A stretch of DNA of 63,953 nucleotides from Octopus bimaculoides (Eukaryota), in assembly GCF_001194135.2 (NCBI RefSeq), contig NC_068993.1, positions 64,307,362-64,371,314 of the forward strand. The letters run 5' to 3'. Made by a program: the position numbers and the translations under genes. The notes under the pieces were generated by a model, which was not told the DNA's origin, did no database searches, and saw only the letters and a list, made by a program, of their open reading frames with translations. Positions 52,285 to 63,953 of the stretch are shown here, piece after piece. Numbering within the stretch: position 1 is the stretch's first letter; every line of letters begins with the position of its first letter.

Positions 52285-55009
52285 TATGCACATACATCCA
52301 CATATGTATGCATGTATATAAACAAATACATACATTTTGATAAACATATGTATGTCTGAATGTAGGTACGTATGGGTGTGTGTGTATGCATGTATACACG
52401 AACCTATACTTGTATTAGTATAAGTTTGTCTATGTCTGTCTGTGAATGTAAATGTGTATGTGGAATGGTTTTGTATTTTTTGTTGTGGGTTTTTGCCTCA
52501 CAAGTATGATTAACATGACAAAAGTTTCGCCATCTCATAGTATCTCAGTAATTCAGAGGTAATGTTTTAGCTAGAGATAAAATTCCATCTGATTTCACTG
52601 CTGACTGATTTAATAGTTTTCACTACACTTCAAGGCACGCAGGTCTCGACTCTTTTTTATCATAAATTTCTTTAAAACAACCACACATTTCTGTGAAAAT
52701 AGATTCTTTTTATGAAACATCAACACATTAATTTGTTTTCCTCAAAGAATTGCGAATGATTAAATCGATGACATATACGTTCATCAATATCGGAGAAGTA
52801 ATTTCGAGTTCGCACATTTCTACTGCATTTTGTTCAGGTAACAGTATATCTCTCGGTAGACTGGTACAGAAACGTAACCTCTAGAATACATATACAATCT
52901 AATCATCCAATTCTATGAATTTGTTGATAAATACATTCTTAATGGTATTGATCATATAATCATTTATGCTGGTAGATAAAGGAATCGTTCAATTTTGTGT
53001 AAACGACTGAACTTTGCGGGCCAAAGTCCCTTTAGAGAATCTATAAAAAGTAATCTTGAGAATTAATAAAAATATATCCATCGTAGGATTATATAACTAT
53101 ATCATATAATACTTCACTACTATGTTTAAACCATAAAGAATTATCACAAAAGATAATTGCTTGACTGTGTAGCTCAATCGCCAGCCAAGTGGCTGCGGTC
53201 ATGCTGGTGCACCACCGTGATTTTCACGTTCCTTGCATACTTCTACTATTCCTTAATAAAAAAATATATATATAAAAGGCACAATTAAGCCTATATCTAG
53301 CATATCATCTACCGACGAGTAATTGAATTACGTTGTTCATTCAAAACAAAGGCGCATCAAAGAAGTTGCAGCTTCGAGATAGTCATCACATGTCAATAGT
53401 CAAAAATTCAAAAATAGGTAACGAAAGATAATATTCTAATTTTTTTTTATATAGTTAAAATAGCACAAAGATGATCCTAAAAGTTATAAACGAACAACAT
53501 CTTCATAGGTCAAAGATTTTTCCAAGCTCTTCGTTATTGTTGCAATGTGCTACAACTACACAAAAATGTCACTGCTTCTTCAGTCAATTGTGAAATAAAA
53601 AATTTTCGAGATCAAATATGCAAAATCCTTCTCGGTATGTGATTGTAGCGATCGTGATCACTTTCAGTGGCTTGTCCTGTTCTTTGTAATTCTTTAATTT
53701 ATTAAGGAAACACTGTATATGATTCATGACGCAACATATTCGATTATTCAGAAAGATGACTTACTACTTCACTCCCCAACTATATCTGGACCATAATTGA
53801 TAGTAATGTTAACGTTTATAATAACTAATTGTTTTTTAAAATATAATCGTCTACATTAATGCTTTCAGAAAGGACGATAAAAGCTTTGAATTGTTATTTT
53901 CTTGAAGACACTATTTGCTTATCCGGGAATATTCAACGAACAACTGGCTAACAAATATATGTCTGTGCATTAAGATATTCCACAAAATGCTTGATATACT
54001 CACAGTCTTTTATAAAAATACTTGATTTTTAAAAGAACAGATTGGATTTTTGAAGGGAGTGTGCATTGTGTGTCAGCGCACACATGTTCTAGGCTAATAT
54101 GCGCGCACACACACACACATGTGCGTGTCTGTATGCGTGTATGTGTGTGTGTTTTTGTGTATGTGTGTTTTTGTGTGTGTGTGTGTATGTGCGTGAGTGT
54201 ATGTTTATATATTCACATGATTAAATGATGCAATTTTTAAAATTCCTCCTTTCAGTAAATCAATGTTGTTAAGATTCTTTTTCTGTATATTTCGACCAAT
54301 GTTTTGATGGCGAAATTCAATAAGGAAGAATTGTATGGAAATTCGTTAAACAACGAAACATATTTGTTTGTGCAATCACGTATGCGGATATGTGTGTATT
54401 CATTTGAATGTCAGTGTATTTACGGCGCAGTATGTTTGTGTATCCTGTTTTGTGTATCCTGTCTGTATAAGTGTACTTTTCCTGTGCATTGTTTATGCGT
54501 ACTTCATAAGCCTGGTACTTATATATGTTTTGTTGGTAGAAAGATGAGTAGGAAATGCCTACTCATTGTCTCTAAAGTTATCCAGAGTGGTTTTCAGATA
54601 GTTGTGTTGTTGCTCTGGTGAAATGTGCTTCTGCAGTTTTACACTACTGAAACCTAATGTAAAGCAAAAAATCAATATCTTATACAATTTCTCCATATCT
54701 CCTCTGAGATTTAAACCATTTCACCTAATAGGCATTTTTACTGAATGTCTACCCTCATAATGCGTTCATATTAACCAACGATTAATACCACCAATATTTC
54801 TCAGGCTACTTCATAAATGTTTTGATATTCGATAGATATTGCTCTCCATATTCCCCCAGAGTTCAAATGCCAGGGTTGAATTCCCAGTTGACACCATTTT
54901 GTTTCCCAACGATTATGTATAAACCAACGTTTATCACCAACTAATCTATACAGGATGATATTCAACCAGAAATTTCACAAAATATTCCAGTTTTTTTGTT
55001 GCTGTAATC

Positions 55010-55140
55010 GTTGTTGTTGTTGTTGTTGTTGTGGTGGTGGTGGTGGTGGTGGTGGTGGTGGTGGTGATGGTGATGGTGGCGGTGGTATGGTTGTGGTGGT
55101 GTGGTGTGGTGTGGTGGTGATAGTGGGAGTGTTAATGATA
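55010..55140. repeat. (GTT)n-(GGT)n compound array
   Basis: Directly visible. Confidence 0.93.
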
Positions 55141-55228
55141 ATAGTGGTGTTGCTGGTACTTTTGTTTATCTCCTAGTGAACCTTAATTGAGGAGACTTAT
55201 AATGGAAGGCATTCCCGCTAAAACCATG

Positions 55229-55302
<74 letters not shown>

Positions 55303-55359
55303 ATCTATCTATCTCCCTCTCTATCTATCTATCTATCTATCGCTTTTTCACTCTCTCAA

Positions 55360-55395
<36 letters not shown>

Positions 55396-55498
55396 AAAAC
55401 ATCCTTATAAAAGATTTCATAACATTTATTTTTTAAATCGCTTGTACGTTTATTCTAAAAATCACATGTACGCTTCCTTTCACATAGACTTTCAAATG

Positions 55499-55777
55499 CA
55501 AGCACTAAGAACGAATTACAGAATAGACAACACGTCAGAAAATGATAAGTGCAGAATTTGCGGACAAAATAGTGAAACCGTATGGCATATTACCAGTTAA
55601 TGTATACCGCAAGCGCAGAAGGAATGTAAGAGACGTCATGACAATGTAGCAAGGATTGTCCATTGGACACTTTGCAACTAGTATCGAGTTGACAGAGCAA
55701 AAAAGTGGTACGGACATAAGTGGTACGAACATGAGTGGTATGAACATAAGTAGTACGAACATGAGTGGTACGAACTT
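55499..55777 (+). mobile_element. R4/Dong-like LINE CCHC-RHD segment ending in a 15-bp tandem repeat
   Basis: QALRTNYRIDNTSENDKCRICGQNSETVWHITS*CIPQAQKECKRRHDNVARIVHWTLCN*YRVDRAKKWYGH. Confidence 0.92.
55703..55777 (+). repeat. 15-bp minisatellite (RAGTGGTACGAACAT) x5
   Basis: Units aagtggtacggacat, aagtggtacgaacat, gagtggtatgaacat, aagtagtacgaacat and gagtggtacgaactt. Confidence 0.95.
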
Positions 55778-55866
55778 AAACCCTGTTATCCCAGTGCAGA
55801 AAGGATGGGATTGATGATCAATGAGTAGAGAACATTGATGAGAAGAAATGGAAATAAAGAATCTGG

Positions 55867-56060
55867 ATGGAAAAGGAGAATATCAGAAGATATAAGCTCC
55901 ATGAACAATGTAGTGTGAGACTTGACAAGAAAAGAAAAGGAGGGACCGCGGTGCACCTTCCGCGTCGGTTCTCAACTAAATTAGAAACAGTAAATCATCG
56001 ACAAATCCAGGTTGATGAAGCAAAAAAAAAAGGCGTCTTTCTGCAGAGGGATCGTGAATC
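55867..56060 (+). mobile_element. Possible CR1/L2 endonuclease remnant
   Basis: IRRYKLHEQCSVRLDKKRKGGTAVHL resembles IxGY...RxDRxxxxGGGVAxY. Confidence 0.35.
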
Positions 56061-56139
56061 GGATACTCGATACTCCTAACTTTGATGATTTATCTTTGAC
56101 GGAATTCCAGTAACTCACAAGAAGCGGATATTAGTCACT

Positions 56140-56265
56140 TACCACTCAATAGACAAGAACAACGCAAAATAATTAAGTGCCTGGCACAAGGATTCAGTGT
56201 CCGAAAATCGAGACCAAAACCTTACAATCGAGAGTCGAACACTTTAATCTCCAAGCCAATTGCTT
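56140..56265 (-). mobile_element. SINE family E
   Basis: aagtgcctggcacaagg...aaatcgagaccaaaaccttacaatcgagagtcgaacactttaatctccaagcc is the reverse of a tRNA-like head. Confidence 0.6.
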
Positions 56266-59249
56266 TGGATATGCCACAGCTAAGAGAAGGATTTGTGAGT
56301 ATACGCATATTCAGTTAGAGTTGACCTGGTGTTAAACAACAACAATAAGAATAAGCACAGGTGAGTAGATGTGGTTAAATACAGATCTGGCATTAAATCT
56401 TTTTTTTTCTTTGAAGTTTTAACCTAAGCGCAAGTGATGATGTGTTAGAATACTGCATAATCGATTAGCATTTCTATGTGTTACTGTTATGTGAGTAAAG
56501 TAAGGGTAGCATCTATGAGTCAGTTTTTGCACCGCGTACAAGACCTGCAAAATGGATGGAAAGAAAGAAATTACTAGATTCAAATACTTGTAAGAAACTG
56601 AACTCAGCTAGGGATGTTAAACTGAGAGTCAGAATAAGAGTTACACCGAAGACTTCGTAACGCGAAGACTCGGAGAATCTAACGCAGCGCATCTCGTCTG
56701 CAGTTCTAACAATTCCACAAATCCCTTACCATTGGCTGTGAGCTATGTGCTGATGATTCTGCAAACTCACGCACTTTAACATAAGATTGGTACTTTCTTT
56801 ATCGACCCCATATAATATTTATAATGAAAATTAGTCATCAACCCTTTTGCTGTATAGCGTATGTCTAAATAATATATTTTGTCCAATTCTTGTTATGAAG
56901 ACTGTCATGAAAAAGGTGAGGCAAGTTGAATAACAAAAGCTTGTCGAACAAACGAAATTTTTTTTCCGGCTGTTTTTCAATTAAAATTTCAAAACATTTC
57001 ATGCAGTTTTTCGAGAAACACAAGAATTCTTGTCATTTATGATGGTCAAAATTTCAAATAAAAATGATTTCATTTCATTTACGTAGAAAATGTAATAATA
57101 TTGAAAATTCGTTCTTCTTTTTCAATAAGTGTAATTGGCATCTATTTGTTTACATCCCCAAGTCTTCCTACCAATCAAACCTTTTGTCAAAGAAAACCAT
57201 TAATTTTCAAGGATAATTTAGGCAGCGGAAGTTCTAGTAGATTTAATGAAATCTAGATCCACGCATGAAATCTAATCATTAAAATGAAACTGGTCAACGC
57301 AACTACAGGAACGTCTGCCAAGATATTATGTGAATCAAATTAGGATCATGTCAACAATATCATTTGAAATAAATATTTCTGGTCTCTGTCATCAATTTAG
57401 TTACAAGACAAGTTAAGGTCTTCAATTGTTTTATTATGCTTCAGTAAATTATAATTAATTGTGACTGATGAAGGATTTGGTAGGATACTCCCCATGCAGT
57501 AGAATGATTAATGGTGAGCATCCTCTCCTGACAGCTAAAGAGAGCAAAGACACTTCAGTTGCAAAAAGAACAACTTCAACAAAAATTCTTCAAGTGGAGA
57601 GATGCAGTTAGTTCAACGCCGAATGCAACAAACACAACTCAGTAGTATGTAACATGATGTGAAATTATATTTCTGTAAACATGGCCAGAAACTATCTCGT
57701 TTGTACAATATCTAGATTCATTTCATGAATATTAAGTTCGTGGCTATTGTCCAAGTACAAACAGCTTATGTGTCACTGGTATTAACTAGACAAAATTGTA
57801 CATCGTTACACGAAGAGAAATCTGACGTTCCGGGATTGACCTATCGTTTCTGAAATAATTGGCAATCAATAACAACTCACAACTCCATTTTATGATATTT
57901 AGCGACACTGGCAACTAACAGTTATTCTGATTCTGTATTATACTAACACTGAAAACTAATACTATATCTTAATTCTCCATTATACTTAAATTGAACAATA
58001 AAACTTTATTCGAATAACGTATTTTGCTGATCCTTTCAATTGCAATTTACTGAAACTTCGCCTTTCACCAATTGTGACAGAATACTAGCTTACACACTAT
58101 ATCTTACTGACACTCACCACTACCAGTTGTAATGGAACATGAACTATGCCGGCACTGACCATCTGTCGCTTTCCTTAGATTTTGTTCCGTGCCGTTGGTG
58201 ACCCATACCAATTTACTAAGTTGTAAGATGTGTTTGTTTTTGTCTGTTTAAGATGACAGGAAGTGCAAATAATCCAGGAGTTTTCGTAAATATCTGCTTT
58301 TATTCTTTCACATATATTCATAATTAAAATATATGGAAATAGTTGTTCTTTTTGAATAAATTCCACTATCATCTGAATTTTGTAGTTTATCTTATTTGTT
58401 AGCGTCTTCATATTTCTTAGATCTTACTGCCATACAATCAAGCAGCCAACTGGGTACCTTTCCCAGTTTTTGTTTACAATGTGTACAATACGTCACCAAA
58501 TATTTGAGTACATTCTACCTAAAAGTTCTTAGTTCTCTTCATGGTAACCCATGAACACATTTGGCATGTGCGGTGGGTTAACTATGGTTCCCAAAAGAGT
58601 CCTTGATAGTTGACGGTACACTAATTAATCGAATGTGAAGTAATTATTTTACGTACGAATGAATCTCAGACCATCAATAATATACTTTTTTTCCAATGCT
58701 GTCAGATAATTGAATTTCATATGTATCCAACTAATATTTTATCGCATTGAATCGATAAACAGGAGGTATATCGGTGTAGAAATTAATAACGTCAAAAGAA
58801 ACAATAATTGTATTTTGAATTATTGTGTGGCAACTAATAAAGTACGTCCAGATCATCATAGCAAGTAAGTTTAATGGGTGTGATTGCTCAATCATTCTAT
58901 ACTAACCCTACCATTCCTAAATGAACCAATTAGCACATATAACTCTCCTTCACTGGAAAGTTTCCTATCCTACTATTATTCCAGTGGTGCATATCACGTT
59001 ATAGAAATGGAATATTGCCCGGAGATAAATGAATGTCACAAACACGCCTTATTGCATATTATTACATAATTTTAGATGTCATTTCATGCGATATTGTGTG
59101 AAGCAATGTGTCAGTAAAATCGCTACTAAAACACATAGCCTTAACCACAAATCTAAATTTTCATTCTATCCAAGGCAAAATAAATTATTAAATAGAGAAT
59201 AAATCAAAAATAGGGATTGTACATTAAGACTAACATCCAATCAATTCAT

Positions 59250-59420
59250 TAATTACAGGAGCTGGACAAATTCATCATACTCAACCCTAATAGGGGAGCG
59301 GCTATAACTTAGTCTGTTTAGCTGAAAGTAGTAGGTGGAGGAAGGGGACAAAAATTGATTACAGTAGTATAAAACCGACATGAAGCAGTTCTTAATAGAG
59401 AGAAAAAGGCCACTGGTGTT
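59250..59420 (+). mobile_element. Possible R4-like RT thumb remnant
   Basis: LQELDKFIILNPNRG...SV*LKVVGGGRGQKLI resembles ELxxLD...HP...RLYxxRxxGGRGL. Confidence 0.35.
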
Positions 59421-59779
59421 TATAGCGACAAAGAGCAGGAAAGACACGATGTCATACGAAATATCTAGGCAGCTCTATGGGGCTATTTAGCAGATTAAAT
59501 ATGTGATAGGGTAATGGAGGTGCATGCACACACACACACGCACATTAATGTTCGGATGGGTTCACACGCGCACACGCTCGTGAAATTATGCTTTTTATAC
59601 CGAAATAGCATAAAAGAAACAACCCTTTTACCAGTTCGCAACGTCACCCACCTGGTGTCTGTAACCGAAGAGTAGGCAATAACTTCGAAATGCTGGCATC
59701 TCACAGTCTAGGTAGGTGGCGCTGCGAACTGATCTAGGTGTATCCACCATTTGACTACAGCGAGAAATTTTCTCCATGA

Positions 59780-60210
59780 CAAAATACTGCGAAGTTTTGT
59801 ACACTAATTACGAAAATGAAATTCCTTTTTCCTATAAATCCGTAATGAAAAAGTTATTCGCCTTTAAAATTTGCAAAATTTGGGTATTTTAGCCAATAAG
59901 AAGCGAGTATTTTACATATCACCGTGGCGAAAATTTCTATTTCCATAGTAACCAAAGCAAATAAGCACCATGTGTCGCATAGCTGATTGTGAAAAATTAT
60001 TTTCATAGTAACCAAAGGTACTGCGCATGCTCACAACAATGAGAAGGAAATACGAGAAAGAATTTATTATATAAAGAGGCAGCGAACGTGCTGTTTTCTG
60101 ATTGGCTGAAAATTCTGAAAATTATCAAACTTTGAATACCTGTAACATTTTTGCAAAACTTTTCTACAATAAACGAATAACAAATTCGGATTCAGCGTCC
60201 AAAATTACAT
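59780..60210. mobile_element. Degenerate MITE-like element with imperfect inverted ends
   Basis: ttttgcaaaattt...ttttagccaataagaagc is mirrored by gttttctgattggctgaaatt...ttttgcaaaacttt. An internal direct repeat catagtaaccaaag occurs at about 59945 and 60005. Confidence 0.4.
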
Positions 60211-61789
60211 CTATATGAGACATTATAATTTTTTTTTTTTTAAGATAACTGTAAACAGCGACGAAAATCACGAAGATTCAACTATCGTGACTGTACTGAC
60301 AGAATAAAATGGTTTCCCGTGCCTACCAAATTAATGAGTTTATCTTTCCCTATTTTCAATGCTTTGTATTTTAGACTGTTTATGAGTGATGAGTATTTAG
60401 CTTGTATGTTTTTGTCAACACTTTTTTTTTCAAACTATGATATTAATAATCATTCATGTTAATNNNNNNNNNNNNNNNNNNNNNNNNNNNNNNNNNNNNN
60501 NNNNNNNNNNNNNNNNNNNNNNNNNNNNNNNNNNNNNNNNNNNNNNNNNNNNNNNNNNNNNNNNNNNNNNNNNNNNNNNNNNNNNNNNNNNNNNNNNNNN
60601 NNNNNNNNNNNNNNNNNNNNNNNNNNNNNNNNNNNNNNNNNNNNNNNNNNNNNNNNNNNNNNNNNNNNNNNNNNNNNNNNNNNNNNNNNNNNNNNNNNNN
60701 NNNNNNNNNNNNNNNNNNNNNNNNNNNNNNNNNNNNNNNNNNNNNNNNNNNNNNNNNNNNNNNNNNNNNNNNNNNNNNNNNNNNNNNNNNNNNNNNNNNN
60801 NNNNNNNNNNNNNNNNNNNNNNNNNNNNNNNNNNNNNNNNNNNNNNNNNNNNNNNNNNNNNNNNNNNNNNNNNNNNNNNNNNNNNNNNNNNNNNNNNNNN
60901 NNNNNNNNNNNNNNNNNNNNNNNNNNNNNNNNNNNNNNNNNNNNNNNNNNNNNNNNNNNNNNNNNNNNNNNNNNNNNNTATATATGTATATAAACACACA
61001 CAATGATATTTTTATATTTTCCTTCTCGTTATGTCATGTCTGTTTTGGATTAATTAATCCTTTGTTTAATTTATGGATTGTTAGATTTAAATATATATTT
61101 GCTTCTAAGAGAACGCCAGCCATTTGGCAAAGATGTCTTAATCCTGTGGTTACATAATACTTAGGCAACATCGATAATTCAGCTAAATAACGGTTAATTC
61201 TCACAAATTACTGACTGCGTGAGAGGCTTCTCTCGACAATTTCAATGCTATACGTAGAAATTTATTGTCTTCCCAATAATTACCAAGTTGATTTTTGAAT
61301 TGCTTCGTTGACTTTAACATTACATTCTTACATGAAAACTGATTCTGGTTAGGAGATTCCTATATAAGATATATCTACTTCTCAACACTTACAGGATACT
61401 TTATATTGGCAAACCAAAATCGTCATGTTCTGTATTTTTCAGCGGATAAACTAATGAAAATTATATTATTAGAATAGTTTTCATTCATGCACATAAATTC
61501 TAATTAGAAAAACAGGAAATATTGATAAGATTCCGCAATTTATGCATTTCGAAATATCAATTTATGTTTGGAGATTGTTTTTGAAATGTTTATAATAATT
61601 CTTATGCTGAATCGCTGGTAAGTAAATTATAGCGACAAACAATACCTTATTTATTAAAAACTGAAGACTTCAAAACCCAGAACTACGCTAATAGCTTTTG
61701 AATGAAAATAGCCCATCTTGACATTTTTTCCCCAGAAAATGAAGGGTAATGATGCACATTAAGCATACATTGGGTATATATTTAACAGA

Positions 61790-62000
61790 AAACAATAATA
61801 ATATTAGCCATGGAATCTGTCAATTCCTTAATAGCAGCGGGTTGGATTGCCTCTACTGCAAGCTTTGATGGTCGCCCATAAGACATATTTCGACGTAAAT
61901 TGGTGTCCATCAGCATACACATCTTGTTTAATGATGAACCAAAGATTTTCGACAGGGTTGACATCCAAAAATGGTGTTATCATAATGAGCAAACCAGGTG
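61790..62000 (-). mobile_element. Tc1 transposase C-terminal remnant
   Basis: LDVNPVENLWFIIKQDVYADGHQFTSKYVLWATIKA, then a frameshift to AVEAIQPAAIKELTDSM (SPDLNPIENLW motif). Confidence 0.85.
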
Positions 62001-62411
62001 GGAAACCAGTAACAAATCAGTAACAAATAGTAGTAATGAACAACCACGAAGTTTTTCATCGCACACAATACACTGAAGCGCTTACAACGACTTTTATTGT
62101 TTCTGGCATAAATATTGACAATTACATGATCTTATGTATATATATNNNNNNNNNNNNNNNNNNNNNNNNNNNNNNNNNNNNNNNNNNNNNNNNNNNNNNN
62201 NNNNNNNNNNNNNNNNNNNNNNNNNNNNNNNNNNNNNNNNNNNNNNNNNNNNNNNNNNNNNNNNNNNNNNNNNNNNNNNNNNNNNNNNNNNNNNNNNNNN
62301 NNNNNNNNNNNNNNNNNNNNNNNNNNNNNNNNNNNNNNNNNNNNNNNNNNNNNNNNNNNNNNNNNNNNNNNNNNNNNNNNNNNNNNNNNNNNNNNNNNNN
62401 NNNNNNNNNNN

Positions 62412-62442
<31 letters not shown>

Positions 62443-63397
62443 GGTACAGATATATATATATACATTCATACAAACATTAATTTTATTTAGAAATATTGTT
62501 TTCTCATTATTTATATAAATGTGTGTGCAGATGTGTGTGTGTGTGATTGTGTATACACACACACACACACACACATACACATATACATACATACAAACAT
62601 ACATATACATGTATATGTCTATGCATGTATTAGACAGAGACAGACAGACAGAACGATAAACTCGCAAATAAAACGATACAGAGAGAAATAAATACAGAAA
62701 ATAATGTTTTTAAAGGCAATAAAAAGGAAAGGAAAATAATTTTGAAAATCGAAAAGCAAATGATTTTATTATTTGACAGCCATCGAAGAAAAAAAGATAA
62801 CTTTCTGCGATTGTTATCACATGTCACCATAAATAATTTAAATTAGATTTCTTTGAAATAGCCTTCGTGAAATTACGTTGCCATAATTTTCTTTATTTTT
62901 ATGTATAATATTGTTACGTTTATGTTGTTTTTGTTATTTTCTCCGTTGTATGTCTTTGAGGTGTTTGGTGTTTATTCTTGAGGATTTTGTATTATATAGA
63001 AAAACGATTCTGCAGTCTCAGCTGTATGTATTCTAAGATACCCCCACCGTCTTCAAAGTTCTTAGTCTAGCATAGATGAAATGTGAGATGCAGAAAATAA
63101 TAATTATTCTATTACACAAAAGATATGCTTTTTCAAACTCTCATTCGTTTTCCATTGCTTTCTAACCGGAGAAATATGTAAATCTTCTAATTGACATAAC
63201 ATTGAAAAATATTCTTATTTTTACTCCGCTCAAAACCCCCATTTTATCCCCTTTTCTCTCTCTCTCACTCCCTCTCTCTCTCTCTTTCTCTCACTCTATT
63301 TTTCTTTCTCTCTCTCCTCTTTCTATCTCTTCTCTCTCTCTCACCCGTACATGTACTTAAACATATTCATATAGAGATAGCTGTGCAGGTAAAAACG

Positions 63398-63433
<36 letters not shown>

Positions 63434-63521
63434 CAAAAATGGGACGAAAATGCAAAACATACAGACAGTTAGGTGATATAAAAATGGGACAACATGTATG
63501 CATGCATGTATGTATGTATAT

Positions 63522-63655
63522 ATGCAGCGGTCTTCCAAAGAGTTCTGAAGACATTGGTCGGTACGGGGTTGTAGTAGAAGACATTTTTCGAAGGTCCTGT
63601 GCCAGAAACCGTGAGGTTTCAAAACGAGATTCTTACTCTCACAGCCAGGCCTACT
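63522..63655 (-). mobile_element. SINE family C, degenerate, with its tail abutting (TATG)n
   Basis: ttggtcggtacggggttgtagtagaagaca...aaccgtgagg...tcttactctcacagcc. Confidence 0.7.
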
Positions 63656-63953
63656 TCAAAGTCAATCACGCGCTTATATGAGTGTAGCTGAGTGTGTATG
63701 CATATACTTCTTTATATGTGTGCATATATACATAAGAGCCTACTAATGGGTGAGCAGGTATGAATGTTTGGGTAGTATGCAAATATATATATATATATAT
63801 ATATATACACCCACACGCGCTCGCACCCACGTTTGCACGTATACATGTATACGCACTTATGGATACATATATATATACATACCTATGTTTATATCTCCAT
63901 GTAAATACATATCTCGAGGGAAAATGCATCATCTATATGGATTAATCTGTGTA

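Noticed and set aside
52500-52550. Hammerhead-like CTATGAG...CGAAACTTTTGTC on the minus strand
   Set aside because: The core lacks G5 spacing and stem I does not pair.
55703-55777. Regularly spaced direct repeats as a possible CRISPR array
   Set aside because: The 15-bp units are head-to-tail with no spacers, in eukaryotic context, and derive from LINE coding sequence.

Overview
Eukaryotic, AT-rich genomic DNA from a fragmented short-read assembly, with 17 N-gaps totalling about 4 kb; nearly all gaps sit inside (TA)n or (CA)n arrays. The extreme microsatellite density and the short interspersed repeat families look like an octopod cephalopod (Octopus), which is my inference from pattern recognition, not a database result. 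I find no protein-coding gene, rRNA, true tRNA or CRISPR array that I can name with confidence, so the window is most likely intronic or intergenic. Most ORF-track entries are artefacts of microsatellites and Ns. The recognisable content is decayed mobile DNA: at least four tRNA-derived SINE-like families, Tc1 and mariner transposase remnants, Gypsy protease and gag remnants, RTE and CR1-type LINE pieces, R4/Dong-like restriction-endonuclease LINE pieces, and Penelope-like RT pieces. The most interesting signal is a minimal type I hammerhead ribozyme fold at 18395-18445 (+), apparently in a Penelope-like terminus. It lies about 200 bp from a 790-bp TA-flanked foldback element with about 333-bp arms at roughly 90% identity. 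Several exon-like islands with plausible splice sites are reported at low confidence.
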